Shown piece after piece: positions 35,108 through 49,694 of a stretch of DNA of 64,000 nucleotides. The number at the start of each line of letters is the position of its first letter. Position 1 is the stretch's first letter. The stretch is from Laetmonice hystrix (lineage: Eukaryota), in NCBI GenBank assembly GCA_965235115.1, contig OZ249436.1, forward strand, positions 13,950,001-14,014,000, written 5' to 3'. The position numbers were made by a program, and so were the translations under genes. The notes under the pieces were generated by a model. It did no database searches and was not told where the DNA came from. It saw only the letters and a program-made list of their open reading frames with translations.

Positions 35108-38100
35108 CCTCGGTAGAAGTTGTAGTTTCCCCAAGATGATCGTGATCTACAGCTGTTCACTCTGTAAATCCTCGTGAGTCTGTCACACCATATCTCAACT
35201 CCCCACAACTGATTGAAACAACGAGTAAAATCAATGTCATTTTGTTTTTAGATTTTGGCGGGGAAGAAGGGTTAAGGTAGAGTAAATTATTTCCCCTTTT
35301 CTATTTGCTTCGTATGATTCAATTTCTAGATTATCCTATAGTATTTAACCAAGGCGTTTGTACTTAAATGCTAAGCCCTACTCTATACCAGAACATCAAA
35401 TTACCTACCATTGTATTATCCATTTCAAAATGACATTACGAAAAAAAATCAATTTTGAGGCTACAATACAGTAACTATGTGACTAGCCTGGTACGTAGCT
35501 CTGTCGAAAGGTAATGAGGCATACATCAATCGTTCCAATATAGGAGATGATACCATTAGTGGTTGATGTAGTTTGGTAAACACTGCATGCTTCATTATCT
35601 AGACATCACTAATTGTACATCGGGTGATTAATTCATATTTCTATGGTAGGGAACAAAGCTCTCATTGAGCGACATACTGACAAGGCGGGTTTGATCGACG
35701 GCCGACAGGCGTCGCCACAGTCACGAGGCAACCTGGATTGTATAAAGCTGCGAGCGACGAAAAATTGTACATGGTACACGACTATACTTACTATACAAAA
35801 CGACCATCTTACTAATTTACCAATAAAGAAATATAAGACAATGATGTTGACAAAGTCGTTTCTTACCATGTTAAATCAAAAGAACACGAATGAAAAAGTT
35901 AGTTAATATGGCCTCTTGTTGCGCTTGGAACTGCCATGTCGACCTACACAAAAACCTTATCACGATATTTCAATTCAGTGTTGTGTTAATTTTTTTACGA
36001 TGATAATGGCTTATATGGTTATATTGATTTATTTATTTCTAAACTTATTTATTTTTATTTTATCTTGTCGTTGTTAAACGTGAATTAAACCCTCCTGATG
36101 TCAACATTGCCGACACAGTTTTTACAAAGACTTTCTCCTTGGGAAAATACTGAACTCTTTGCTTGAGGTTCTTGTCAAATTCACCTGTGCACAATCATGG
36201 TTTTTGTAGATAAAGACTTTATGATATATAATCTTTAATATACATATGCTAACAGCGGAAGATCGCGGTCCGAAACCAATCGTACATTGAAATCAATTAT
36301 TATAAATAATCGAATCATAATATTAATATTACCATGACTAAAGTATGGTGTATGTTGGGTGCAGCCCGACTGACACAGACTGAATTCCCGTCTCCCTGCG
36401 TATATATCCGCAAAGATTGTACGCAAGTACCATATTGAAACCTCGTCTGTCGGGCCAGACCAAAACCTCGCGCAGCCGCTGCACCATTTATCCACTAAAA
36501 CACTTTTCGTGTATGCGCATTGATCTTCAAAAAGCAAGGCCAAATAAAAACCTATAAGACGACCTCAACTTTTAACACCATCACAACCCGTGTTGGCAGC
36601 CGACCCCTCTTAGTTGCAGCAGGAATTGATCATCGAGTGCGTTCTTTAAGTCCTTCAATGCGGATATTTCAGACGAAAGGCAAGGCTATTAGCCATGGGA
36701 TTCACTTCCTATTAGGTATAGAAGCCCGATGGTTGCGGTCGACCTACACATGCAATGGCTTGGCGAGTATGTACTCGGTAAAAGTTGTGCCTGTTGCCAG
36801 TGGCCGACTTGACGACCGAGCCGGTGGACAGGAGACCTCCAGCACGACACCTGCCACTTGGCACGCCACCTCCACCTCCTCCTCCTCAAGTTGACACACG
36901 ACATCAAATCTGAGCCAACCGAACGGGCCAAGAATTCCAACAGCACTGTCTGACTCGGGGAAACGGCCACGAACACCTGTAGTCGGCCTAATAAGTGAAA
37001 TAAATGTCCGAGTTGTATGGCTTCAGCGACTCGTTCGGTTGTATGGATAAAACCTATCCAGATTCCGATTAAATTGAGAATGATGCTGGAAAGCATATAG
37101 CGTGATGGGAGTGAATTACCTGGGAAGGCATGTTCGTGCAATGAACTTTTCCTAATCCGGAGGTGGGGGTGAGTGACTGCTCGCTAGTTTCCAATAATCT
37201 CAGCGGCTGCCGGCGCGCCATGTGCGTGGCACACCATTGACACGTGATCATAGATCAAAGGACAGACAGGGTGTGCGTGGAATGCAGAAAAAGGCAGACG
37301 AAATCAGTGGTAATGAAAGCTGCTCGAGTGTGTCAGTATCCGTCCGTCTACATCAGAACGTGTTTCTTCTACACATTGACCACTTAACGTACGGACATCC
37401 CGCCTCATTGGATCCAAGAACATGGGATGGTTTGATGACACCCCTAGCGTGCAGACGACCCCCTACCCGCCACGTGGACGGGCGCACACTATTGCTTCCA
37501 TTCAATCCTATAGCACGTACACACCCAACGGCACCTAGAAATACAATTTTTGCTCTAAGGCCTTCTTGGAATATTGTTACAAGAAGGGCCTTGGGGCGAG
37601 TTCCTATAACGCTGATCACGTAGCTCCAACAAAAGCCTAGGATTCCAATTCTGAGTGGGGTAGACCGCCTGTAACAGTATGTGCCATGCCAATCCCCGAG
37701 CTGGCAGCTTTTTGTTCGCCGTCAATAATGACGTTTCGTCCTCTATGACGGTTTATTAAACCGCTGCATTTCGTTATATCTGTCACACGGTGACACTGAA
37801 TTGGCTGTCACACGGTCACAGTGACCTTCCCGTGTTTACTCGCCGCTGCGGCCATATATAGCGTGCGGCCCGAGAAGAAATTGGAGCCACAGCAGGATGG
37901 AGGCAAAGATGACGGTACTTTTATGTCACCCCAAAAATCGTCGTAGGGGTTGAAGACAAATTATTCTGGCAAAGGAAAGATTGGAGGGATGCCCTCCGCG
38001 AGACCATCATGCCCGTCCTCTATATCGACCGTCCACTGGAGAATCGGCCCACGGGACGTTTCTATCGCCTTCTAAATGAGGTCCTCAATTAGGCCCTCGT

Positions 38101-39079
38101 GGCGACCCAGTATGCAGACCAATAGAGGCCTTTCATCCCATAAAGTGCCTGCTGGGAAACGGTTCAAATATTTGAAAGCATGCCGCGAACGTTTAAGGAA
38201 ATACTTCACTAAGGACCAGCAGTAATGGGCGCTCACACGACGTGCACACTCGGAAAATATCTAGTAGAATTCAACACTTAATCATGAGTCGGAAGAGGAA
38301 CTGATGCAAAAGGTCATTCCGAATAGAGGTCATAAAAGGTACGTGTTGCTGTTTACGATGTCGTAATACCCGGGAAGTGGTAGCCAGGGACGTGCCATGA
38401 GTGTCAGGGCCAAACATAAAGACATCGACGCTCATCTAGGTGCAGATTTCACGATGCCCAGTCCTCTGCAGGAGACCCTATCTGATCTCACAGGAGTCAG
38501 GTCAAACGACATTACAGGCCCTCAACAATACAGGCCTGGATACGGGAGGCATTTTATTGTGGGATGTCACACTGGCTACCACCAAAACTCACAACACCGT
38601 CAAACGGAATGATTCAGGTGCTGCCTATCGATAAGGAATTGACCGTAATAATAGCCTCAATTCTGAAAAAAATAGTTATTAAGGCAAAGAAATAAATCAT
38701 TTGTGTCACAATGGGGTGAAAGAAAAGCAGACAATGCGCTCAAATGTCCTCCGACGTAAGCCAAACTATTTACCGAATGCCAAGTCGGTATGTTGTACCT
38801 TGTTAGATCACATTATCTTACCTGATCTCAAGAAAGGCTGTGTGATTCAGAAAGAACCATATTTATTTATCTATATATTTATTTTATGTATTCATTTACT
38901 TACCCATTTATACCGGATTTGTTTACCATACTATCTCCAGCATACCTATGGTCGGAGTGTCCGAACGTATCTTTGTTCATTCATTACATACTGCCCGATA
39001 CAATAGATCAAATAACATGTCAGGCACGGTTCTCGGTCTGCGATTTTCAACAAGAAATTTTGTAGACAGATTTCCAACA

Positions 39080-40862
39080 ATTCCGATACGAAATGGTACG
39101 GTTTCTACGACTGCGTCCCGACTTAACCAACAGGGGAAACACCAAGGCAAATCGTGGGCATCGCTGACGCTACTACAGGTTGTACGCAGTAGTATAGGGA
39201 ATTGGACGTTTGAAGCAGGCAGCATATCCTGGGGCGGGGAAAACCAAGGGCTTACCAGAGTTACATTTGAATGGAAAGTACGTCTTCACAGAATAGAAAA
39301 TGTATAAAAGAAGACGTTGTGTTGAAGAGATGTTATCCCGACGTACGCTACACTCTATGGTGGATCCCTCTGAAGATACGTGCCCAGGCAGGTTAGACAG
39401 CGGCAACAAGAGTATACTGTATGGCTGACAGGGATCTTACAACATTAACAACAACAACGATAACAAACAAATACACTTAATACTAGAGTTATTCTTTAAA
39501 ACCGTGTTACAAATCGACCACCGCATGTCGGTGGGGAAAATACCACCAATGTAATGGGTAGGGACCGCCTCCAATATGTTACGGGATACAAGTATGGTAG
39601 GAACCTCACCTGACAGGTGAGTGGGCGAACTATCATTACCTGGTACATTTACAACTAGTACTGCCTACAATTACTCTATAACTACTCTCTCTCCCCGCTC
39701 TCTCCTCTCCCTCCCTCCCTCCCTTCCTCCCTCTCCCTCTCTCTCTCTCTCTCCACCCACCCAACACAAGTCACGAATTCCCTGAACCTAACAACCCCTA
39801 CCATTCTCTGCCCCGCACTAGTTGACCATCAATAATGAATACATTCTGTACTGTCCGCCAACAAAGGTTAACTCCGATATTTCACCTAACAACAGGACGT
39901 CATTCCCCAGTTGAATGATACCGCGCCATTTATATTTAGGTCTACCTCAGTTGGGTAACAGTACCAACACGATACACGTCATGGACCTTGTTTAGGTCGA
40001 TGTACACACGCCGTGTACACAAAGTAGTCACGTCTGATAATTATAACGTCACGGATCAAATACTTCTCTATTCCACGACCTGGCAGTGTGGCTTGTTGTC
40101 TGCTCCTTGTCTCGACTGATGACGACCTATACCTGGGGAACATTTCGGGTTAGTGATGAGTCATACAACCCGTCCACTAAGATGATGGTTGGAGATCATG
40201 CCCGAGTTCGGAGCCACAGAACGAAATGATCAGATGGAAAAAGTTGTAATAACGATCATTTCGTGTGTGCCGGCGGTCACGTGACCGCCATCACGCACAG
40301 GTCACACGGACGCAGCGAGGGCACGCGCCAATTCTGGGTCATCATGTTGAAAGAGTTCCGGTGTACAGCTCGAGGAAACCCCGGCGGCAAATCACGATGA
40401 TTATCGCCTCTCTCAAAGGTCATTTGTCGAATAAAAACAGGCGCGTTATATATCAGTCGTTGTCAACACGGGCGGTATACCTCCTCCAGAGGGGGCGTTT
40501 TTGAGCTCTATTGGAGGGGAAGGGGGGGGGGGGGGCGCTGGGGTCCGCGTAGATTGCGGAGTCCATTCAAATGTTAAAGGCCCAGATCCACACACCGATT
40601 TACGGCCGATTTTGAGATACGGCCGATTTTTCTTCATAGTTTTCCTGTGGAGAAAAATCGGCCGTATGTGAAAATCGGCCGTAAATCGGTCTGTGGATCA
40701 GGCCCATTAGTTGTTGCCTGCTTCAAACGTCCGATTCCCTATACTACTGTGTACATCCTGTAGGACCTGGCGTCAGCGATGCCCACGATTCGCCATGGCG
40801 GGTTCCCTGTTGGTTAGCTCGGGACGCAGTCGTATAGAAACCGTACCATTTCGTATCAGAAA
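39080..40862. repeat. Diverged about 150-bp inverted repeat pair (39080-39225 and 40711-40862)
   Basis: By-eye alignment shows roughly 85% identity; the two copies give similar MLPASNV.FPILL ORFs on opposite strands. Confidence 0.8.
40579..40705. mobile_element. About 127-bp foldback MITE with internal TACGGCCGATTTT subrepeats
   Basis: Arms of about 55 bp are near-perfect reverse complements; GGCC termini next to TAA suggest PIF/Harbinger (Tourist) type. Confidence 0.65.
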
Positions 40863-43774
40863 TGTGTTGGTTTCAGGATTCAGGATTTCCAGAGGACGGT
40901 GGTTAGGCGATGGGGTGAAGGTTCGGTGGGCGGCGTCCACTGGCCTATAATAGTCAAACAATTTTACAGGCTTACAAACACATTTAAACTCAATCAAATA
41001 CAACCAAAACCTCATTTTCTGTACATTACGCTGCTACCTTTTTGTCCAACCTAACATAGCCGCTCGCAATGAGGCGGTGAGGCGTGGCTGTTGGCGCGGC
41101 GATTTATAACGATCACATGGTAAAGCTGACACGTGGTAGTCTAGGTCAGGACTTGGGTAGACACGAGGCCATAGACAGACGTAGAGACTGGCGGCTGATA
41201 TCGGTGGATGAACGACCTCTGGGCGTGGTCACGACAGCCGATAGAACCAAACCGAAGTGATGATAATGATCTGAAGAAGGCTCCCGCAGTTACAGGTAGC
41301 CGGTCTGTGTGAGATAGGTATGATTATGTAGACGTTATCGTGCGCACGCAGTCCGCCCCACGATCCGTTATGATTGCCACTTACGTCGTGGGAAAGGATA
41401 AAGGTCACTTCAGAGGTCAAAAACCCCCGGGTGTGTTATCTTAGAAAGTGTGATACGTTCAGAAACGCTATACGTCATAATAATAGAGTATCAACACAAG
41501 TTGCATTCATAAAAACGAAATATGTCTACACATTCACAACCACGGCCGGAGAGAGTCGACCTTATAAAGAGTTGGGATCTCATTTCGGTTGCATTTCCAC
41601 CCATTTCACGGTCAGGCCTCACTCACGGCTTAGTTTCTGATATTTGCCAATTGATGCACGCGCTGCACAAACCGACAGCCGGTGTTGTGGTTTGGCAGAA
41701 GGCTGCGGGAAATGAAGATGTCGTTGGCAATAAGCACGTCGGCCGACCAAAATTGTCATTCGGGAATAACGATGCTCAGAAGAAAACATTGAAAGGCGTT
41801 TGGCAAGCTGACAAGCTAATAGCAACTCGAAGGAATCAGTTACCATTATGCCCTCCATCAGAGGCATTTTTGACCTTGTCAGGAAGGGCCGGCGCCTGGC
41901 CGATAATGGCTGCGTAATCAGGCTCTGGAGGAGACAGGGGCCCGACGGGCCAAGATTGGCCTACCCATATCAGCAAACGTAAAGCATTGTTTTCTTCCGC
42001 GTCCATCTTAACTAATCTTAAGACGGCACACAGATACCAACCAGGTTTTGCTATTCATTTGGCTTATCTCTACGTTGCATGCCCCGCCTGCATTAGCGGC
42101 GTGAAGATTATCATTTACGTTTGCTGCCAACCAAGGGCTCCAGTGACTAGAATACTGAAGATTATGCATTTATGTCACAACGCGCTTCCTGGGTAAATCG
42201 TCGCTATATTCTGGCTGTCTCCATCGGTATAAATATATTACTCCGACCATCTCACTGTTTATGTGGCGAACTGCGCGGTTGCCTACTGATTACTTTCTTA
42301 CAAATGAACTACTAAAGTCATTTTGAAAATGCGTAGAAATACACGTGCATGGAGGAGAGTGTGCAATTAGTGGGCTATATCAAATATATAGAAGTCTAAT
42401 CTTCACGGCAATCACACGTTTCTTTATAGACCTGTATATTTTTGACACAATTATTTTGTACACCAATGTATAAAACCGTATTATCGCAGGCAGATATGCT
42501 ACTTTTTGTTTGATCCGTTCTTTACCTTTCGCCTGTCAACCACTACTTCATACAGACTGCACAAAATAAATCGCTACCCAGTAAACCAATGGACCTAAAT
42601 TCTCAGGTAATCGATAAAAATACATTTCAACTGCACGGAAGGTTTCTGGCCGTCTTAAAGTTCCCCGAGGTTCATCAGATACCCGCAGGCCGGCGCCCTG
42701 GGTCCACGGTCTCCAAACCACTTCACTAGAATGAACTTCATGAAGAAGTAAAGTTCTTCAGATTTCCAATGAAGCATTATTACCATTAATCTATCTAACA
42801 CTGGCGCCTACATGGGTAAAAACATAATGGCAGACAAGAGTAAGAGGATAGAAAGTTAATCAGATGTGGCATTGATTGCAGCAGCACATGGCCACAGTCT
42901 GAAGGCGTCCTTCAATCACCGTCAGTACTTGTCCTATTACTGCCCAGAAAGTCCTGCCAGAAATCTTGATATCATTGCCTACTACCACCATCTCTGGCCC
43001 CATGTAACACTTATTACTATATCGGGCAGGTTTAATTAAAATAAAATGGACTGGCCGTGTTCGTACCGCCGTTTCGAACGATTTCACACAAACTATTTTT
43101 TTGAAAAACTGAGGATAGTACGAGACAACTGTCTTCTTGAGAATCTACTTTAGGGACGGTCTGGTTTGAGAGATGTCACTGTATCATTTATACCAACATC
43201 TAATTCTGCATATATATTTTAATTAAAAAAGGACTTCTATAAATTAGTTGAATTTGCATGGTCTTCAATAGGAATAGCATCACACTGTAACTTACTCTTT
43301 ACTTCTGAACACGTAAGTATCGTCCAGCCATATACACAACAAAACACGCACGCACGCACCCCCACACACGCACCAGAAAACATGCAGAGTATAGGGACGC
43401 GCGTTCAATGGTTAAAACCGTTTTTGTATGAAGAACTGGCCAACTAGGCGCATTACGAGATAATTTAATCACCAAAAGATTAAAAGATTTCTTTTGAGGC
43501 AACATTTTTTCGTCTACAATGGGATTTCAGATCTGAGCAGTTTTGTCTCTTGTTTTCAGTGCACTTGACGCCAGTTTGGACCGAGGACTGATGTCTTTTA
43601 ACATAAGAAGAGGGACGTGTACTTCCCTGTTGCTACAGGCTAACTCTAACAGTATACTCTGTGTGCAGTAATTACACACTGTGATATAGCTTGTTTGAAA
43701 TGTCGAACCAATATATTAACATTTTAGTTTATACGGTTTGAACACATACGCCGCTTCTATTATAATTTAATTTA

Positions 43775-44504
43775 TAGCAGAAACTCACTTAGTATTGCCA
43801 TCACATACATAGGCATCAGGCAGGCGCAATATTCTGTACTAGCAGAAACTCACTTAGTATTGCCATCACATACATAGGCATCAGGCAGGCGCAATATTCT
43901 GTACTAGCAGAAACTCACTTAGTATTGCCATCACATACATAGGCATCAGGCAGGCGCAATATTCTGTACTAGCAGAAACTCACTTAGTATTGCCATCACA
44001 TACATGTACATAGGCATCAGGCAGGCGCAATATTCTGTACTAGCAGAAACTCACTTAGTATTGCCATCACATACATAGGCATCAGGCAGGCGCAATATTC
44101 TGTACTAGCAGAAACTCACTTAGTATTGCCATCACATACATAGGCATCAGGCAGGCGCAATATTCTGTACTAGGAGAAACTCACTTAGTATTGCCATCAC
44201 ATACATGTACATAGGCATCAGGCAGGCGCAATATTCTGTACTAGCAGAAACTCACTTAGTATTATTGCCATCACATACATAGGCATCAGGCAGGCGCAAT
44301 ATTCTGTACTAGCAGAAACTCACTTAGTATTGCCATCACATACATAGGCATCAGGCAGGCACAATATTCTGTACTAGCAGAAACTCACTTAGTATTGCCA
44401 TCACATACATAGGCATCAGGCAGGCGCAATATTCTGTACTAGGAGAAACTCACTTAGTATTGCCATCACATACATAGGCATCAGGCAGGCACAATATTCT
44501 GTAC
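43775..44504. repeat. Minisatellite, 65-bp unit, about 11 copies
   Basis: TAGCAGAAACTCACTTAGTATTGCCATCACATACATAGGCATCAGGCAGGCGCAATATTCTGTAC. Confidence 0.95.
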
Positions 44505-47500
44505 TTGTTCTTGCATAGAGGAAAAAAACTTACAGAAAGCGAAAAAAGGGTTCGTGTTTTTTTTTTCACGAGTGTAACAGGAACTGGATCAGTGGACTGT
44601 GTTTACTCGTATGTCCTCGGTACGTCGGGAAAATCCCGTCAGTGCCGACGGTGATCGTATTGGCGTCGTGGGTGACGCCATATGATCCACACTTAGCGGT
44701 GCCTTGGGTCTGACCAGGCCAATTATCACGTCAGGCACAGACGTTAACCAGACACGATAGGACGTCGTCGGATAGGGTACTAACACAGACCAGCACCCAT
44801 ACCGACCGAAACCCCATTCCATCCGCCTGTCAGCCTACCGCCCGATTAACACGTACACAACCAGATAATCGACCACGGGGCGAGCATAGCTTCGAATTAT
44901 GGCCCTCTGTCGTGTTGATAATGAAATAAAGTGGAAGTTGCCTTTTAATGGACATCAATTTATGGAATTAATGTTCAATTAGGAGGGGGATGTGTGAGGG
45001 GTGGCGTGGGCCGGCACGTGGTCGACCCGTCTTCCTACAGCCGCGCCGGTCGGCCCCTGATGACGGAAGTGACGGAAGCGAGAATGAATTGGGCGGTTTA
45101 CGCCCTGCCGGCAATATTCCAGCCATGTTCAGCCATATTCAGGGAGATATTAAACCATTTAATTCCGTCAATGAACCTATTGTACCTCCTATTCAAAGGG
45201 GATGATGATGAGGCTGACAAAAGAAAGAAACCTGCCAACGGGAGGGAATCTCCGACTCTTTTCGGAAAATGGTAAGTCCATATTTACTCTAACCAGAAAT
45301 GGCAAACAAGAGACGAATCTCAGAATGACATTGAGATTAGTCCAGCAAACAGAAGAAACGCTGACCAGAAGCTGAGAATGTCAGAAGCTAATATCTGATG
45401 GACTCCATATCCAGTTTTCTTGAATATGTGCGGGGTTTACATATCAGATACTTCAGAAACTAAGGAGTGCGACATTCTGCTGATGTTTGCTAAAACAACC
45501 ACAGCGACCTAGTTACCAGCCAAAATTACCTGTCCGAGTAACCATTCCGAAGTGCAGCCTTCCAGTGTTCGACCTGAGGTGAGAGGTCACGATCACAAAG
45601 ATCTAGTGGTCACCAGCTGTGAGAACATGCGCCGGACAGTTCGGCCCAGCCCCATCCCACTAGTTGGGTTTTGACGCCGACCAGAAAACCTGGTGTTTTG
45701 CTTGTACTAGAAGTACCTTCATTAACCTTGATCCGCGGTCGGAGGGCCTGGCCTCAGGACGAGGGACCAGCTGGTGTTTACTGATGCCGCTGAAGACACT
45801 GCAATCACTGAGGCAAGCCTGACGTAGTGCTTGTCCTAATGATGCCCACTGGGATACACTCTTTACATCGGCTTCTCACTTGGGCGGGCTCCATCGCCCT
45901 CTCTCGGACTCACCCTTCGCCCGCTCTGCTACAAGGCCCGGCCAATTCAAGTAATCTTGGCCTGCTCCAGCTACTTTCGCAAACACTGCATTAGACAGTG
46001 CTGACTTTGGTGGAACAGGCAAGTTGGCAAACGCTGCCATCCAAACAGCTGTGGAATTCCCAATGGATGATCTCTTTACTGGAAAACCTTCGGCTGTACT
46101 CCAGGTTGTGGACAAAATTAACCATTGGTCTTGTTAGGGCATGTCCAGGTCGCTACCAACAGCATTAGTCCCACGACAACCAACAGACATGAGGACTTTT
46201 TCCATGAAAACTATCAATCGAGTTAATTTCTGCTTTCACGAGATTTGAATCGGGACATTATTTCTGTTGATAAAAACACTGTCACGATTCAAGACTTGAT
46301 AAACAGTTTGTTTCCGTGGAAAGTAATTATCCATTGATTGACCTGCCTGTCAGAGAATAATTTGTCACGGCACCACAATCACCAAGACAATATGAGGAGT
46401 TATCAAACGCGTCCATCATGTTAGTAGAAACCCGCTACCTCTTACCCATGACAATAGATCAGACAGAATGCCTTACCTCGGGGGCGGGGGGTGATTAATA
46501 TAACAGATTATAGTCACACCCCTACCCTATACCACTGGTCATACAGAGCCCCCGTATGCGAACATTACATCTGATATGATATTTGTTATAGGCAGTAAGT
46601 AGATAGTACAAATATTTAGTAAAATCATCGGTATATCTGTATTTGATAAAAGGTAAGGTATTTCAATTTTCTAACAAAATATAATGATGTATTCTTTCGG
46701 TAAATAATCCACATGTCATTGCACTCAGGCTACGTTTCTGCTGAAGTATCTTAAGTCCAATTTACAAGGTCTCTGAGGGGATGAGTATGTAGATATACCG
46801 ATGACGTTGGGCCGTAGCAGCAGCTGTCGATGTTAAAGGTCAGAGGTCATAGAGAGTAGGTCTGATCCCCGAGGCGTGGCCAGCTCCTCACGCTGCCTCC
46901 TCCACCTGACCCCTTCAGTGTATCGAATAATCTCCGTCACTATCACAATAATCTGCACACCGCATCAATGTGTGTGGTGGAGAATTGGGCTGGGTGCTTC
47001 TGTCCGCCGCCAGGCTCGGTGGGCCCCGTGTCCCACAATCAGCAGTTAGCGACCGTGGTCGGGGCGGGCGGCGAGCAGCCGTCGCCTCCAGTGTGGACAC
47101 GTCCTGATTGTGCATTCGGTGAGGAAAGCAGAGAATCAATCAGTACCAAATTGAATTGCTCTGAACCACCGCTAAGATCAGGCCTCAAATTTACCTGAGC
47201 TCAATTCAATTACATTGACTGTCAGGCACGAGCGGCAAACTGCATGCTTTAAGCCAAGCAAACTGCAAAGGTTGTGGTTAGTGGTACGGTGCTCTTTGAG
47301 ATCGCACGCGGCCCGGCGACATAACATAACGCCGCCTTATGGCGGGCTGGAGCTGGATCTGACCCGATCTTTGCGTAGAGAAAGATCTACTAAATCCTAT
47401 CAGAAGATGATGAGAGTAAGGTAGAGTTAGAAGATCCACGTCTCGGAATGTATAGTTAGCTCAATGTGTTGGCACAGAACTCAAGAGCTTCCCAAACAAT

Positions 47501-49694
47501 AGGACGACAGAGTCCAATTGGATCTGTCAAGGGTATCCCCCTTGGCCCACAAAAACCAGTAATTAAGTCTCACTTGCAAGCGTGAACAGATACTACAGAA
47601 ACAGCTTTTTCAGGTCTCCCCAGGCAAACTTACTACTTTTGCTTTTTTATAATCTATAAAGAAAAACAGTCGTCTAGTTAGAAACGTGTGCCTTTGAACA
47701 AATCTCCAGGGAGATCCGATGTCGCAATGCTTTTTGCAAATAATATTGGCCTTTTTTAAGATTCGCGCTCTCCATTTTCCAACTACAGCTCGTATTTAAA
47801 GTTCTGCTCGGCTTAACCTAACCCAGACTCTGCTTGGTTCAAAATGAAAGGAGGGGGACGGACCGGTTTACTTCTCTTGAATATCCGACATTTTTTCATA
47901 TCGCTCTTAAACAGATTTTGAAATGTTATTTTTTAAGCATCTGAGAAGAAAGAAGTGACTGAAATTGCAGCACCCTCATTTTGCTATAGCCGTGAAGCGT
48001 GGTAAGATGTTTAGTTATACTGCAGTATACAAACTGCAGTATACAGGGACGTCCCTGAACACTGACATGACCTGTACCATCTGTTCCTGAACACGGTGTC
48101 GTTATTTAAAACATACCACGACTGCCCCATGTAAACGCCGACCAGCCCAACACCCCGCCGTTAAGATGGAATTAGCCTTATTACGTTAGGTGGAGGACAG
48201 CTGAATTACAACTGGCTACCGTGGCACTAAGTCAAGGACCTGTTTAAGCGCTCAGGGTGGGGCTCGCCCATTGCAGCGCCATTAATTCTTCAGCAGCCGC
48301 CGGTGGAGAGCAAGGAGAGGACCATGGGGAGGGTTAACTTAATCCTAAACAGATCACTGGTGCAGATTTAATGTGAAGTCTAGACTGGACAATAAAACTA
48401 TATGAACGGGGCCAGTTCTCTCTGTTACTAAGGAGACTCAAAAGTACAAACTCGTCGCACATATCTTTCTGCGGAGACAGCAAGAGATTACTTCCCAACT
48501 GAACGTGCACATTTCATTTCCTCAGCGGAAGTCAGACAGACCAATCCTTCTCAGTTTCAAATATTTTTGTCATCAGTCCTGTCGGAATAATATCCTACAC
48601 GGAGAACATACTATCATTTACCATTTCTACTAGTATATGACACCCTTGGGCCACCGTATTTTGTAACGAGCTTTACGACGTTCTTTTCTACAGCTCTTCC
48701 ATAGCGACTGCGCCCCGGATTGCGTCAACCGTAGTCTTCTTTGTTCGTTGTAAATGTAGGTCTTTTAAATACAACCCCAAAAAATACATGTACTGTTTAT
48801 CTCTCGGAGTACATATTTTAGTTCATCTCTTACCCTCCCAAGTTGCCATTTCAAGTTGTTATTCCAGTAGTTAAAACAAAAGATGCCGTGACTGAGCAGA
48901 TCTACTGCCAGTGTCACACCGTTCGTTACCCAGCAGACAAAACCGATACCTTTTCTCTGTACAGAATCCTTGATAAATGTCTCAGGGAAACTGAATTAAA
49001 TGAGCGTTCTGACGCAATGATGATGAAAAATGCTGAGATTTCATGCATCTTTTAAGATTACTTAATTAGGAAACCCCCGATGTCGAATGAAAAATTACCG
49101 GCACACACGAGACCTCCCATGAACGGTTTCCGCCAATCTGTGGGTGAAAAACATACCACTTGTAAGGTATAGCTGCTAAACTTCTCGTCGGCCCATAATA
49201 TGGCAAGGCAAGCACCATAAATAAAACATTGATTCAATCAAACTCCAGGGAGCTATCACTCCATTAAGAAAGACTCGCTCATCAAAAATTCCGACCCAGT
49301 TCACCGAGAGGGTGGATCACCAGAGGCAGGTCTTGGCGATGTGGTGCGTGACTCGGGTGGGTGGGTGTAGATGGCGGGTCCCTGGACCAGTCCAGTGGTT
49401 CCCGGTCTGACAGGGATCCAATTCCTCATGAAATTTATTTAAATATTTCTTCATAATCCTATCCCTAATCCTAACCTTTACCCTAATCCATTTGTATTTT
49501 CTTAATTATAGTGTCTTATACCACTAAGTTGATGACCTAGGACCTGCATTACCGAGGAATCCAGGCCCGGCGGACCTGTATTACCGAGGAATCCAGGTCC
49601 GGCGGACCTGCATTCCGGCGGATTTACATTCCCTTCACACCTGGTCCAGAGTATACCCGGGGACGTTATACCCAGGGACGGCACCAGTCACTAC

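Noticed and set aside
44454-44509. LDL-receptor class A-like CLPDAYVCDG
   Set aside because: The remaining cysteines and the DCxDGSDE motif are absent.
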